The notes under the pieces were generated by a model, which searched no databases, had not been told where the DNA came from, and saw only the letters and a list, made by a program, of their open reading frames with translations. This document shows positions 35,217 through 44,392 of a stretch of DNA of 64,000 nucleotides, piece after piece (the stretch's first letter is position 1; each line of letters opens with the position of its first letter). The position numbers and the translations under genes were made by a program. This DNA is from an uncultured archaeon (GTDB taxonomy: Archaea > Iainarchaeota > Iainarchaeia > Iainarchaeales > 1-14-0-10-31-34), in assembly GCA_964442255.1 (NCBI GenBank), contig CAYTYC010000002.1, positions 730 to 64,729 of the forward strand, in the 5' to 3' direction.

Positions 35217-37196
35217 ATGCCAGTTGTTTTGATGGAAAGCCGGCGTTCATCCAGGAAAATCTTTTTCTTTTTTTTAGTTTGGCTTTTTTTATTTTGCGCT
35301 TCATTTTTGTTTTTTGGGGCCTCGGTTGACAACTTTTTTGTGAGCGACGATTTCCTGCTTCTTGACTACGGAAAAAACTTTTCCATTGAAAAATTTTTTG
35401 AACCCCTTCTTGACTCCTATTTCAGGCCGTTTTTGGGCTTCCTTTACTCAACCCTGCTGTTTTCCTTTGGCCTGGAGCCTTCATACTACAGGCTCTTCGC
35501 AATCTTAATGCACTCGGTTAACGCCTTCCTTGTTTTCCTTTTTGCAAGAAAAATCCTGAAAAACAGCCTGCCTTCTTTTTTTGCCTCCTTTTTCTTCCTG
35601 GTTTTCTTCCTCAATTACGAGGTTTTGTTTCAGGTAAGCACATTAAACGAAATATTTCTTTTCTTTTTTTCAATCCTTTCACTTTTGTTTTTTGCACATT
35701 ACCTTGAGCACAAAAGAAAAGCTTTTTACGCCTTTTCTTTTGCCTTTTTTTCCCTTGCTTTGCTGACCAAGGAGTCGGCTGTGATACTTTTCATTATTTT
35801 TATTTTGTTTGAGTTTTTTTTCCACTCCAAAGGGAAGCTTTTTTCACAAACCAGAAAAAGGGCCCTGCTTTTTGCGCCCTTCTTTTTTGCGGCCCTGCTT
35901 TCAGCTTCCCTCAAGGCATTATTGGCGCCTTTTTACGGGGAAGCGCCCCACCTATTCTTCTATTTGTTGTTCTACAGGGACGCGCTTGCATTCCTTTTGC
36001 TTCCGGCGCCTGACCTGCTTGTTTTCCTTGTGCAGTCGTCAGTTGACTTTCCATTTCGTTTTGCAGCAGGAATCCTGTTCATTGTTTTTTTTCTCGCATT
36101 AAATTACTTTGTTTTCTTCAGGTCGCGAAAACCGGCGTTTAAATTCTCCCTGCTTTGGATTTATTTTACCCTGCTTCTGCCGCTTGCTTTTGGCTCACCG
36201 CAGGCACGGTACTTTTATCTGCCGTCTGCCGGCTCTTCAATCCTGATTGGATACTTTTTATGGTGGCTTATAAAATCAAGTGCCTTGACTCAAAGAAAGC
36301 TTGATGCAAAACGTTTTGCGGGAATTGTTTTTTCTGCGGTGGTGATTGTCCTTATTGTTGGTTCAAGTTTTGTGTACACCTGGCAAAAGGAAAGCGAATG
36401 GGATTCAGCCGGAAAAATCTCTGAATCAACCCTTGCTGAGGCGTCAGCACATTTAAGCTATTCCCCTGAAGCCCCTGTGTTTTTCGTTTATGAAAGGGAT
36501 TCCTTTGAAGGGATTTTCTTTTTTGACCGCGTGCTGGTCTGGAGAAACGGATTTGAGGAAGCCATGGAACTCTTCCATGGAATTTCACCGGAATGGCGGG
36601 AAAAATTTTCTTTAAGCGAGGTTTTCTGTGAAAACCCGGAGCCAAAACAAGGAAAGCTTTTTTTGCTCTTCAATTCAAGCGAAAAAAAAGCCAAGAAAAT
36701 TGAGTGCATCAGGAAAGGCGAAAACATTCTTTCAAACCCGGGCTTTGAAATTGCGGAAAACGGAAAACCTGTGGGCTGGACAGGCAAAGTAATCCAGGAC
36801 AATTCAAGGGCTTTCTCCGGAAACTCAAGCGGATTAATTGCAGCGGGTTTTTTCCCTGAAGAAAAAGCGTTTTCCGTGGATTACCCCACGGGCAAAAGCC
36901 ACGCATACTATCTCCTGTCTGCAAAGGCTTTTGGCGAAGGTTCTCGCCCGCAAATGCATTTATTCGGGAAAGGCAAACTTTACTCTGGCTTTCTCTTAAA
37001 CTTTGATTTGCCTTACTGGGAAATCCTGTGGTTTAACATTAGAGGGGAAAGCGGATGGTTTAAGGCGGAAAAAATAGTTGAGGTTCCGCCTGAAGCAGAT
37101 TCCATTTACATCAGGCTTGACAACGACGGCTCAGGAAAAGTATGGTTTGACGAAGTGGAGTTAAGAAAAATAGAACCAGTTTTTGGGGATTCCTGA
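35217..37196 (+). CDS. GT-C-fold membrane glycosyltransferase with a C-terminal extracytoplasmic beta-sandwich (CBM4/9-like) domain.
   Basis: An N-terminal TM is followed by a loop-1 motif VSDDFLLLDYG (D44/D45, about 35346). There are more than 10 TM. The C-terminal ~160 aa (about 36715-37190), ILSNPGFEIAENGKPVGWTG...VWFDEVELRKI, resembles a carbohydrate-binding module. Confidence 0.55.
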   Translation: MPVVLMESRRSSRKIFFFFLVWLFLFCASFLFFGASVDNFFVSDDFLLLDYGKNFSIEKFFEPLLDSYFRPFLGFLYSTLLFSFGLEPSYYRLFAILMHSVNAFLVFLFARKILKNSLPSFFASFFFLVFFLNYEVLFQVSTLNEIFLFFFSILSLLFFAHYLEHKRKAFYAFSFAFFSLALLTKESAVILFIIFILFEFFFHSKGKLFSQTRKRALLFAPFFFAALLSASLKALLAPFYGEAPHLFFYLLFYRDALAFLLLPAPDLLVFLVQSSVDFPFRFAAGILFIVFFLALNYFVFFRSRKPAFKFSLLWIYFTLLLPLAFGSPQARYFYLPSAGSSILIGYFLWWLIKSSALTQRKLDAKRFAGIVFSAVVIVLIVGSSFVYTWQKESEWDSAGKISESTLAEASAHLSYSPEAPVFFVYERDSFEGIFFFDRVLVWRNGFEEAMELFHGISPEWREKFSLSEVFCENPEPKQGKLFLLFNSSEKKAKKIECIRKGENILSNPGFEIAENGKPVGWTGKVIQDNSRAFSGNSSGLIAAGFFPEEKAFSVDYPTGKSHAYYLLSAKAFGEGSRPQMHLFGKGKLYSGFLLNFDLPYWEILWFNIRGESGWFKAEKIVEVPPEADSIYIRLDNDGSGKVWFDEVELRKIEPVFGDS

Positions 37197-37239
37197 GGCG
37201 GCAGGCAATCAATAAATTATTAATTAGTTTAAGACACAA

Positions 37240-38103
37240 ATGTTTCCTGTTATGGCCAAAAACGCTGTTTCCGTTGTAATGCCCGCATTTAACGAGGAAA
37301 ACGCTGTTTCAGGCGTGATTTCAGGGGTGAAGAAAGCCCTCAAAGGCTTTACCCATGAAATAATTGTTGTGGATGACGCCTCCACTGACCGGACAGCGCG
37401 GGCAGTCGGAAAAAAAGCCCTTCTCCTCAGCCACACCCAAAACCGCGGATACGGCGCAAGCATTAAAACAGGAATTAAAAAAGCAAAACACGAATGGATT
37501 CTCATAATCGACGCTGACGGCAGCTACCCAACCGAAGCAATCCCAAAGCTGTTGCCTTTCGCAGGAACATTTGATATGGTTGTCGGGGCGAGAACAGGAA
37601 AAAAAGTTAACGCCCCGTTAATCAGGAAGCCCGCAAAATGGTTTCTTACAAAACTTGCAAACTATCTCACAGGCACAAGAATCCCTGACCTTAACTCCGG
37701 GTTAAGGCTGTTCAGGAATGAAAGTGCATTGAAGTTTTTTTCCATTCTCCCAAACGGCTTTTCCCTTACCTCAACAATCACGATTGCCTTTCTTTCAAAC
37801 GATTTTTCAGTAAAATATGTTCCAATAGACTACCTTAAAAGAAAAGGCAAGTCCAAAATCAGCCCAATAAAGGACACAGTGAATTTTACTTTGCTTATTC
37901 TCAGGGCAATAACCTATTTCAGGCCCCTGAAAATTTTTCTCCCTGTTTCTTTTGTGTTATTTGTTTTGGGTTTTATTTACGCCCTTTACATCGGGTTTTT
38001 CAGGGGCCAGCTGCCTGACTCTTCTGTTTTGCTTATGGTAATGGCGGTGCAGTTTTTTTTCCTCGGGCTGATTGCGGATTTGATGTCAAAAAACAGGGGC
38101 TAA
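37240..38103 (+). CDS. GtrB/ArnC-like GT2 (polyprenyl-phosphate sugar synthase) with a C-terminal TM hairpin.
   Basis: It has VSVVMPAFNEENAV...IIVVDDASTDRT...IIDADGS, plus two C-terminal TM helices. Total 287 aa. Confidence 0.8.
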   Translation: MFPVMAKNAVSVVMPAFNEENAVSGVISGVKKALKGFTHEIIVVDDASTDRTARAVGKKALLLSHTQNRGYGASIKTGIKKAKHEWILIIDADGSYPTEAIPKLLPFAGTFDMVVGARTGKKVNAPLIRKPAKWFLTKLANYLTGTRIPDLNSGLRLFRNESALKFFSILPNGFSLTSTITIAFLSNDFSVKYVPIDYLKRKGKSKISPIKDTVNFTLLILRAITYFRPLKIFLPVSFVLFVLGFIYALYIGFFRGQLPDSSVLLMVMAVQFFFLGLIADLMSKNRG

Positions 38104-39063
38104 GTGGCTGGAAAAATGGGAAATAAGACAAAAGTCCTGCTTTCAGGAACAATAACCGCGGTTTTGGTTTTTTTTCTGCTGACCCAATTCAATGCCCTCA
38201 AAACGGTTGAGTTAATCTCCAATATTTCGCCTGCCTGTATTGCTTTGGCTGCAGCAATATACTTTTTAATAACCCTTTCCAAGGCTTTGAGGTTCAGGCT
38301 CTTGCTTGGGCCTGACCTGAAGGTAACCGGGCTTTTCAAGATTGCCTCAATCCACACCCTGTTCATAAACCTTCTTCCCTCCAGAACCGGGGAGTTAAGC
38401 GGGCTCTATCTTTTAAGGAAGCATAATGTTTCCCTTGCAAGTGCGACCTCTGCTTTGGTTGCCTCACGGGTTTTCGATTTTTTTGCGCTTTCAGGAATAT
38501 TTTTTGCGGTGGTTTTGCTCCTTCCGGAACTCCCTGAATTAATTTCAAGGGCCATTTTTTTGGTTGCGCTTTTGGTTTTCATGCTTTTCTTTATTGTTCT
38601 TCTCATTTTGTATTTCGGGGAAAAAGTTGTTTTTTTGCTTATAAAATTTTTTCCCAAAACCGGCTTGCGGGAAAAACTCGGAAACCTGCTTCTGGAAGTG
38701 GTTCACGCTTTTAGGGTAATAAAGTCAAAAGATATCCTGTTTTCGGTTTTCCTGGTTTCCGTTGTGAGGTGGCTGCTGCTCATATCCTTTATTTTTGTCG
38801 TTTTGCAGGGCATGATGGTGGATGTTACGCTTCTCATTGTTTCCATTGCCACTTCTTTTCTGAAACTTCTCGACTTCATTCCTGTACAGGGCCTGGCAGG
38901 CTTTGGAACCGTTGAAGGGTTTTACTCAATTGTTTATATTTCGCTTGGAATGGGGAAGCAAACAGCCCTGGCTTCAGGCTTTGCATACCATCTGTTGTTG
39001 TTGGCTTACTCAATTGTTTTCGGATTGTTTTGCATTTTCTTGGAAAGGAAAAAAGTTTTCTAG
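38104..39063 (+). CDS. UPF0104/MprF-flippase-domain-like polytopic membrane protein, a putative lipid-linked sugar flippase.
   Basis: 319 aa and 8 TM. Its start abuts the stop of the GtrB-like GT2, the same arrangement as GtrA/flippase partners. Confidence 0.45.
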   Translation: MAGKMGNKTKVLLSGTITAVLVFFLLTQFNALKTVELISNISPACIALAAAIYFLITLSKALRFRLLLGPDLKVTGLFKIASIHTLFINLLPSRTGELSGLYLLRKHNVSLASATSALVASRVFDFFALSGIFFAVVLLLPELPELISRAIFLVALLVFMLFFIVLLILYFGEKVVFLLIKFFPKTGLREKLGNLLLEVVHAFRVIKSKDILFSVFLVSVVRWLLLISFIFVVLQGMMVDVTLLIVSIATSFLKLLDFIPVQGLAGFGTVEGFYSIVYISLGMGKQTALASGFAYHLLLLAYSIVFGLFCIFLERKKVF

Positions 39064-40571
39064 CGCTTTTGCGCAAGGACTGTCGCCATGTTCGGTCTTT
39101 TCCCCGGAAAAAGGTCGGAAAGCAGGATAAGGGGGTAAATGAAAGGGAAAACAATAAGCTGAAGCAATGGGTTTAAGCGGTAATAGTATTTGTTTGCCAG
39201 GTCCCTGGTTTCAATGAATTCGTAATCCAGAACCCTGAAGCCGTTTTTTTCCAGAACCTTTTTCAGGCGCATGAAATTGTATCCGCTCCTGAAGTGCCCT
39301 GCTTTTCTTTCGTGTTCTTCGGAGATTATTCTCCTTGTGTCAGAGTCAACGCATAACACAAGGAATCCTTTGTCTTTCAGGAATTTCGGGAACTCGCTGA
39401 AAACAAGTGCATCGTTTTTAATGTGGCCCATGAGGTTTGACGCAAGAACGCAGTCAAATTTTTTTCCCGGCGAAAACCTTTTCTCCAGGTCAGCATATTT
39501 GAATTCCACGTTCAAACCGTGTTTTCTTGCAACAGTCCTTGCAACCTCTATCCTCTTTAAGTCGTTGTCCACGGCCAGAACGCTTGCCTTGAATTTGTCG
39601 GAAATAAGCACAGCAATGTCCCCGATTCCGCAGCCCAAATCCAGCACGCTTTCAAACGGCGCGGCCTTTTTGAAGTGCTTAAGCATGCTTTTGACCCTTA
39701 AGCGCTTGAAAACAAGCGGAGGGCCTATTACATTCAGGTAAAGTTTCAGCAGGGGCTTTGGGATTTTCTTTTTTGTTGCCAGCACATTTGAGACGTAAAG
39801 CTTGTTCCTTATTTTCTTGAAGTTTATCCTGCCCTCGGATTTTTTCCTTTTGAATCCGATTCCCCCGACTTTTTTTGTGAAAATCCTGTCAGGCTTTCCG
39901 TACAGCTTGAAGTTTATTTTGAAGAAAAGGTGGTAAAGCGAGGTAAGCGCCTTTGCCGGGTAATTCAATGGGTTGCTGTACAGGACATAATAGTCTATCG
40001 GAAAAACCTCTGCATCCTTGAATCCCTTGAACCTGAAGATTTGCTTGAGGCTGTAGCCCGTGAAAAAAGAGTAATGGTCAACGTTTTGGTGCGGCGCAAC
40101 AGGGCCTATAAGGGGATTTGCGGGGTTAAGGGAATTCACCAGAAAGGCTCCGCCTTCCCTCAGGCTTTTTTTTGCAAGGTCAAGCAATAGGAGGACTTCC
40201 TTTTTTGTCAGGTGGTTGAGTTCCTGTTCCGCGAAAATGAAGTCAAATTTTTCCCTGTTTTTTGCAAGAAAGTCTAAGGAATCCCCTGTCTTGCAGGCAA
40301 AGCCCTTGAATGATGCGTACTCTGTTTTTTCGCTGTCCGCATCCATTCCCAAAGCGTTTTTGTAGCCAAGCTTTTTCAGGAAATTCAGGAAGTATCCATG
40401 CCCGCAGGACATCACAAAAATTCTTGCGTTCTTGTCTTCAGGCAAAAACCTTGCGTAGTTTTTCCTGTAAAATTTGTAAAACAGGCGGTAGTCGCTTTCA
40501 ACATTGCCTGTTCCCTCACAAAAGCTTGTGAACGGCCTGAACTCCGCTGTCAGCTTCATTTCTTTCCCCAC
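39060..40571 (-). CDS. Tandem-domain class I SAM-dependent methyltransferase.
   Basis: Two separate motif I regions are present: ARIFVMSCGHGYFLNFL in the N-terminal half and VLDLGCGIGDIAVLIS in the C-terminal half. Confidence 0.7.
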   Translation of the reverse strand: MGKEMKLTAEFRPFTSFCEGTGNVESDYRLFYKFYRKNYARFLPEDKNARIFVMSCGHGYFLNFLKKLGYKNALGMDADSEKTEYASFKGFACKTGDSLDFLAKNREKFDFIFAEQELNHLTKKEVLLLLDLAKKSLREGGAFLVNSLNPANPLIGPVAPHQNVDHYSFFTGYSLKQIFRFKGFKDAEVFPIDYYVLYSNPLNYPAKALTSLYHLFFKINFKLYGKPDRIFTKKVGGIGFKRKKSEGRINFKKIRNKLYVSNVLATKKKIPKPLLKLYLNVIGPPLVFKRLRVKSMLKHFKKAAPFESVLDLGCGIGDIAVLISDKFKASVLAVDNDLKRIEVARTVARKHGLNVEFKYADLEKRFSPGKKFDCVLASNLMGHIKNDALVFSEFPKFLKDKGFLVLCVDSDTRRIISEEHERKAGHFRSGYNFMRLKKVLEKNGFRVLDYEFIETRDLANKYYYRLNPLLQLIVFPFIYPLILLSDLFPGKRPNMATVLAQKR

Positions 40572-41644
40572 CCTGGGACAACGTTATTGTACAGGTATGC
40601 AAGATTTTTAAAGGTTTGAGGGATGCAGCTTTCACACGGCAGGTAAGGCCGTTCTTTCATTTTGGTTTTTTTCCTTAACTCAACATATTTTTTGTTGTTC
40701 CACACTCCCTCAAATCCGTCCCTTAAAACATTCCCCAGAATTCCTTCCCCGCGTTTCCACACAAACATCTGGCACGGTCTTACATCCCCGTTGAATTCAA
40801 TGTAAGTGTGCGTCCAAGGAAAATGGCACACCCTTCCGGTGTCCCGGAATTCTTCTGCCGGCCGCATTTTGTTGTAGTACATCCCCAAATCCCTTAAAAG
40901 AATCGGAATGTTTGTTTTCACTTTCAAAGTGTTTGCTTTTTCAAGGCCTTTTTCCAGTTTTTCCTTTAGTTCATTGAATGAAAGGTTTCCGACAACAACC
41001 TTTTTTTTGTATTCCATGTTCACGAACTCCATGTACTGCACGTAAACGGCCTTTGCCCTAAAATCCTTTGCCATCCCGACCACTTCATCCAGTTCATCCA
41101 AATTGTCCCTTTGGAGAGCGAAGTTCAGCCTGAGCTCGGGCTTTTCCAGCCCGTGCTTTTCCTTGAATTCCTGGAGCTTCCTTATGTTTTCGGTTACCAA
41201 CTCAAAGCAGTCTATTCCGCGGATTTTTTTGTAGTTTTTTTTGTTTGAGGAATCAATTGAAACCTTTACCATGTCCAGCCCGCTTCCGCAGATTTCCTTT
41301 ATCTTGTCCCCAACAAGGGTAAAATTGGTTGCAAGCCCAACCGGAATTCCTTTGGATTTTGCGTATGAAACCATTTCCAAAAAATCCTTGTTCAGGAATG
41401 ACTCCCCCATTCCCGTAAGGTTTAAGGTTGCGGGCTTAACCTCGTCCACTATCTTTTTGAATTCCTTCAGTGACATGAAACCCGGGTTTTTTATTGTTTC
41501 CCTGTGGTTGCACATCTGGCATCTGGAGTTGCAGGCGTTTGTGACCTCAAGCTGCAGGTACAGCGGCCTGTTCGGCGCCTTCGCAGGCTTGAACAAAAAA
41601 GAGTAAGCTGTCAAAAGAATGTTCTTTATTTTGTTTAAATTCAT
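40556..41644 (-). CDS. Radical SAM enzyme with a C-terminal SPASM/twitch domain.
   Basis: The core has CNSRCQMC (CxxxCxxC). A C-terminal Cys cluster reads C...CQMF...G...GN...CESC. It overlaps the upstream GT4 by 4 nt (ATGA). Confidence 0.8.
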   Translation of the reverse strand: MNLNKIKNILLTAYSFLFKPAKAPNRPLYLQLEVTNACNSRCQMCNHRETIKNPGFMSLKEFKKIVDEVKPATLNLTGMGESFLNKDFLEMVSYAKSKGIPVGLATNFTLVGDKIKEICGSGLDMVKVSIDSSNKKNYKKIRGIDCFELVTENIRKLQEFKEKHGLEKPELRLNFALQRDNLDELDEVVGMAKDFRAKAVYVQYMEFVNMEYKKKVVVGNLSFNELKEKLEKGLEKANTLKVKTNIPILLRDLGMYYNKMRPAEEFRDTGRVCHFPWTHTYIEFNGDVRPCQMFVWKRGEGILGNVLRDGFEGVWNNKKYVELRKKTKMKERPYLPCESCIPQTFKNLAYLYNNVVPGWGKK

Positions 41645-42792
41645 TTTCCCGTGCCCCGCGAACTTTCATATATTTTCAGGTAATCCAATGCAACCTTCTT
41701 CCAGGTAAGCTTTTCAACCGCCTTCTTTCGGTTTTCTTTCCCCATTTTTTCCCTCATCCCAGTGTCTTCAGCCATTCTCTGCAGTGCGTCAGCGAGTTCC
41801 CCTGAATTCTCGGGCTCAACAAGCAGCCCGTTGACATTGTTTTCAACTGTTTCCGGAATGCCCATTGCATTGCTTGCCACTATGGGCAAGCCGCATGCCA
41901 TTGACTCCGCAAAAACCAGCCCAAAGGACTCCGCAAGCGAGGGAAGGACAAACACATCCGCTTCCCTGTAGGCTTCCGGCAGCCCTTCCCCTTTAATGTA
42001 TCCCCTGAAAAAAACCGCATTCCTTAAACCAAGTTTTGCGGAAAAACTTTCCAGTTCTTTTTTGTGCGCGCCTTCACCGTAAATGTCCAGGCGAATGTTT
42101 TCAAGGCCTTTTTCTTGCAGCATTTTAACTGCCTCCAGAAGGTATTCTATTCCTTTCCTTTTTGTGAGCCTTGTGGTGCAAACCAGCCTGAAATTTTTTG
42201 AATGAACTTTTTTCAGGGGCCTGAATTTTTTGGAGTCAATTCCGTTGCCTATCACAGCGTAATCAATTTCCGGAACAAATTCCTCTGCAAGTTTTTCCAG
42301 CCCCCTGCTTAAGGCCACAACTTCTGAGGCTTCTTTCCACACCCCTCTGTTCACCGGCCTCAATATTCCGTGCTGCAACCCATACCCTGATTTATCGTAT
42401 CCGGGAACATCGGAGCCGCGCAATGAAACAATGTAATTTTTCCCGTAAAGCTTTTTCCCGAGCCACGGAATTATTCCGGTGGGGACACTGAAAAAGGCGT
42501 GCACTGCATCGTACTCCTTTTCCTTTAAGAGTTTCCTGTATTTCAGGAACCCGTTGAAGACATAAAGCGCCATTCCCAGACTGCCGCTGTCATGGATTCC
42601 TTTTCTTTTCATCCCGGCCCTGTAAACATTAATGCCTTCAGTTTTTTCCAGTTCCCTGAATTTTCCCGTGCCTCCTGTCAGGATGTCAACCTCATGCCCT
42701 AATTTTGCCAGTTCCCGCCCGATGTTGTAGGTTGCCCTGCCTGCGCCTCCCCCGACAGGCGGAAACTCCGGGTTAAGCAAAAGAATGCGCAT
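41641..42792 (-). CDS. Family 4 (GT-B) glycosyltransferase.
   Basis: The N-terminus is MRILLLNPEFPPVGGGAGRATYNIGRELAKLGHEV. The C-terminus ESFGLVFAESMACGLPIVAS is E-x7-E-like. Confidence 0.85.
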   Translation of the reverse strand: MRILLLNPEFPPVGGGAGRATYNIGRELAKLGHEVDILTGGTGKFRELEKTEGINVYRAGMKRKGIHDSGSLGMALYVFNGFLKYRKLLKEKEYDAVHAFFSVPTGIIPWLGKKLYGKNYIVSLRGSDVPGYDKSGYGLQHGILRPVNRGVWKEASEVVALSRGLEKLAEEFVPEIDYAVIGNGIDSKKFRPLKKVHSKNFRLVCTTRLTKRKGIEYLLEAVKMLQEKGLENIRLDIYGEGAHKKELESFSAKLGLRNAVFFRGYIKGEGLPEAYREADVFVLPSLAESFGLVFAESMACGLPIVASNAMGIPETVENNVNGLLVEPENSGELADALQRMAEDTGMREKMGKENRKKAVEKLTWKKVALDYLKIYESSRGTGK

Positions 42793-42889
42793 TTTTGGCT
42801 CCTCTTACCATTCTTTGGGCTGTTATCATTTTAAAAGTTTAAACACCCTTCCTTCTTTTAGGGGTTTTTTGGTGGGGCTGCCTGAAGTT

Positions 42890-44392
42890 TTGAAGCGGAA
42901 CAGGACCGCGTTTTTGCTGGCATTTTTTTTCCTTTTCTATGCTTTTTCACTGAACGGCTTTCTCGGCGCAAACGGCGACGACGCAAATTACGCGATTCTT
43001 GCAAAAGCCCTGGCTGAAGGAAAAGGCTACACTGACTTGCAGTCTCCGGGGCAACCGTTCCATGCGCACTTTCCGCCTGTTTTTCCCCTTCTTATTTCCC
43101 CGTTGGTTTTTTTCTTTGGTCTGAACTTTTTTGCGGTGAAGTTTTTGGTTTCCTTTATCGCAGTTTTGGTCCTTTGCCTTGTCTTTATTTTCTTCAAAAG
43201 GCACTGCTCGGAAAACCTTGCAATCGCGCTCACAGCCCTGTTGGGCTTTTCCCCTCTTTTCTTTTCCTATTCCCACCAGGTGATGGCTGAAATTCCGTTC
43301 ATGTTTTTTGCCTTCCTTTCCCTGTTTTTTTTCGCGAAATTCACTGAAACCAATTCCCGAAACTTTTTCGCGTTTTCCCTGTTGTTTGTTTTGCTTGCAT
43401 TTTTCACCAAGCTTACTGGAATCACTTTTGTTGCCGCACTTCTTTTCGTTTCCTTCCGTAAGGGAATGCTTAAGGACAGGAAAAACCTTTTTCTCGCTTC
43501 TTTGGCGGTTCTTGCCGTTGTTTTCTGGTTTTTTGTTGGAACCCTTGCCCCGGGAAACCCAACCCAGCATTACCTTGAGCTCGCGGCGGTTTCAGACCCA
43601 AGGGACACGGACTTGGGCAGTGTCGGTGTGGAAGGCTTTTTTTCCAGGGCAATCCACCATGCACTGTTTTATGTTTCAAACACCGCCTCAAACCTTTTCC
43701 CGGGATACAATTCCTTTTTCCCGCATTCAAGCATTTTAAGGCATTTCCTTTCCCCACTGATTTTCGCCCTGGTTTTAACCGGTTTTCTCAGTTCACTGCA
43801 CCGGAAAGCCGAGCTAAAGGAAGTCTATTTTCTCTTTTACTTTGCCTTGCTTATTTTTTTCACGAGCTTTGAAGAAAGATACCTCCTTCCGCTTCTGCCT
43901 TTCCTGTTTTATTACTTTTTCACCGGAACGGGGTTTTTGCTGGGCAAACTGAATTTTTCTTTGGGCCTGAAGAAAAACATTCCAAGGTTTTTTTTCCTTT
44001 TGATTCTTTTTCTGGGGGTAATTGCCTCTGCAGGCATTTTTTTGCAGGAAAGGAACCCGAATTACGTTGAAGAAGTCCAAGGCCAGGGCTGGCACAATTA
44101 CCTTAAGGCAGCGGAATGGGCAAAGCAAAACACGCCTGAAGATGCCGTGATTGTAGCAAGGAAACAAAACAACTTTTACATTTACTCCGGGAGAAAGGCT
44201 TTCCATTTTTTCTTCGGCAGCGATGAGGAAAGAATCCTTTCCGAGTTTGAGGAAAAAGGCGCTGGCTTTGTTGTGGTGGACGAATTCAACCTTGAAACAA
44301 AAAAATTCCTTGAGCCTGTGGTCAGGAACAACCCTGAAAGGTTTTCCCTTGTAAAGGAATTCGGGGAAACCCGAATCTACGAATTCACCTGA
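42890..44392 (+). CDS. GT-C-fold glycosyltransferase, PMT_2/ArnT-like (GT39/GT83-type).
   Basis: The loop-1 motif NGDDANYAILAKALAEGKGY (D65/D66, about 42977) matches the PMT_2 pattern DxxxYAxxAxxxxxxG. There are more than 10 TM and a C-terminal soluble domain. The track starts at ATG 42785; the TTG at 42890 (MKRNRTAFLLAFFF) is preferred. Confidence 0.55.
   Translation: MKRNRTAFLLAFFFLFYAFSLNGFLGANGDDANYAILAKALAEGKGYTDLQSPGQPFHAHFPPVFPLLISPLVFFFGLNFFAVKFLVSFIAVLVLCLVFIFFKRHCSENLAIALTALLGFSPLFFSYSHQVMAEIPFMFFAFLSLFFFAKFTETNSRNFFAFSLLFVLLAFFTKLTGITFVAALLFVSFRKGMLKDRKNLFLASLAVLAVVFWFFVGTLAPGNPTQHYLELAAVSDPRDTDLGSVGVEGFFSRAIHHALFYVSNTASNLFPGYNSFFPHSSILRHFLSPLIFALVLTGFLSSLHRKAELKEVYFLFYFALLIFFTSFEERYLLPLLPFLFYYFFTGTGFLLGKLNFSLGLKKNIPRFFFLLILFLGVIASAGIFLQERNPNYVEEVQGQGWHNYLKAAEWAKQNTPEDAVIVARKQNNFYIYSGRKAFHFFFGSDEERILSEFEEKGAGFVVVDEFNLETKKFLEPVVRNNPERFSLVKEFGETRIYEFT

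Noticed and set aside
40556-41644. Reading the SPASM radical SAM as a RiPP (sactipeptide/ranthipeptide) maturase locus.
   Set aside because: No short precursor-peptide ORF is adjacent. The gene is translationally coupled to a GT4 and surrounded by glycan genes.
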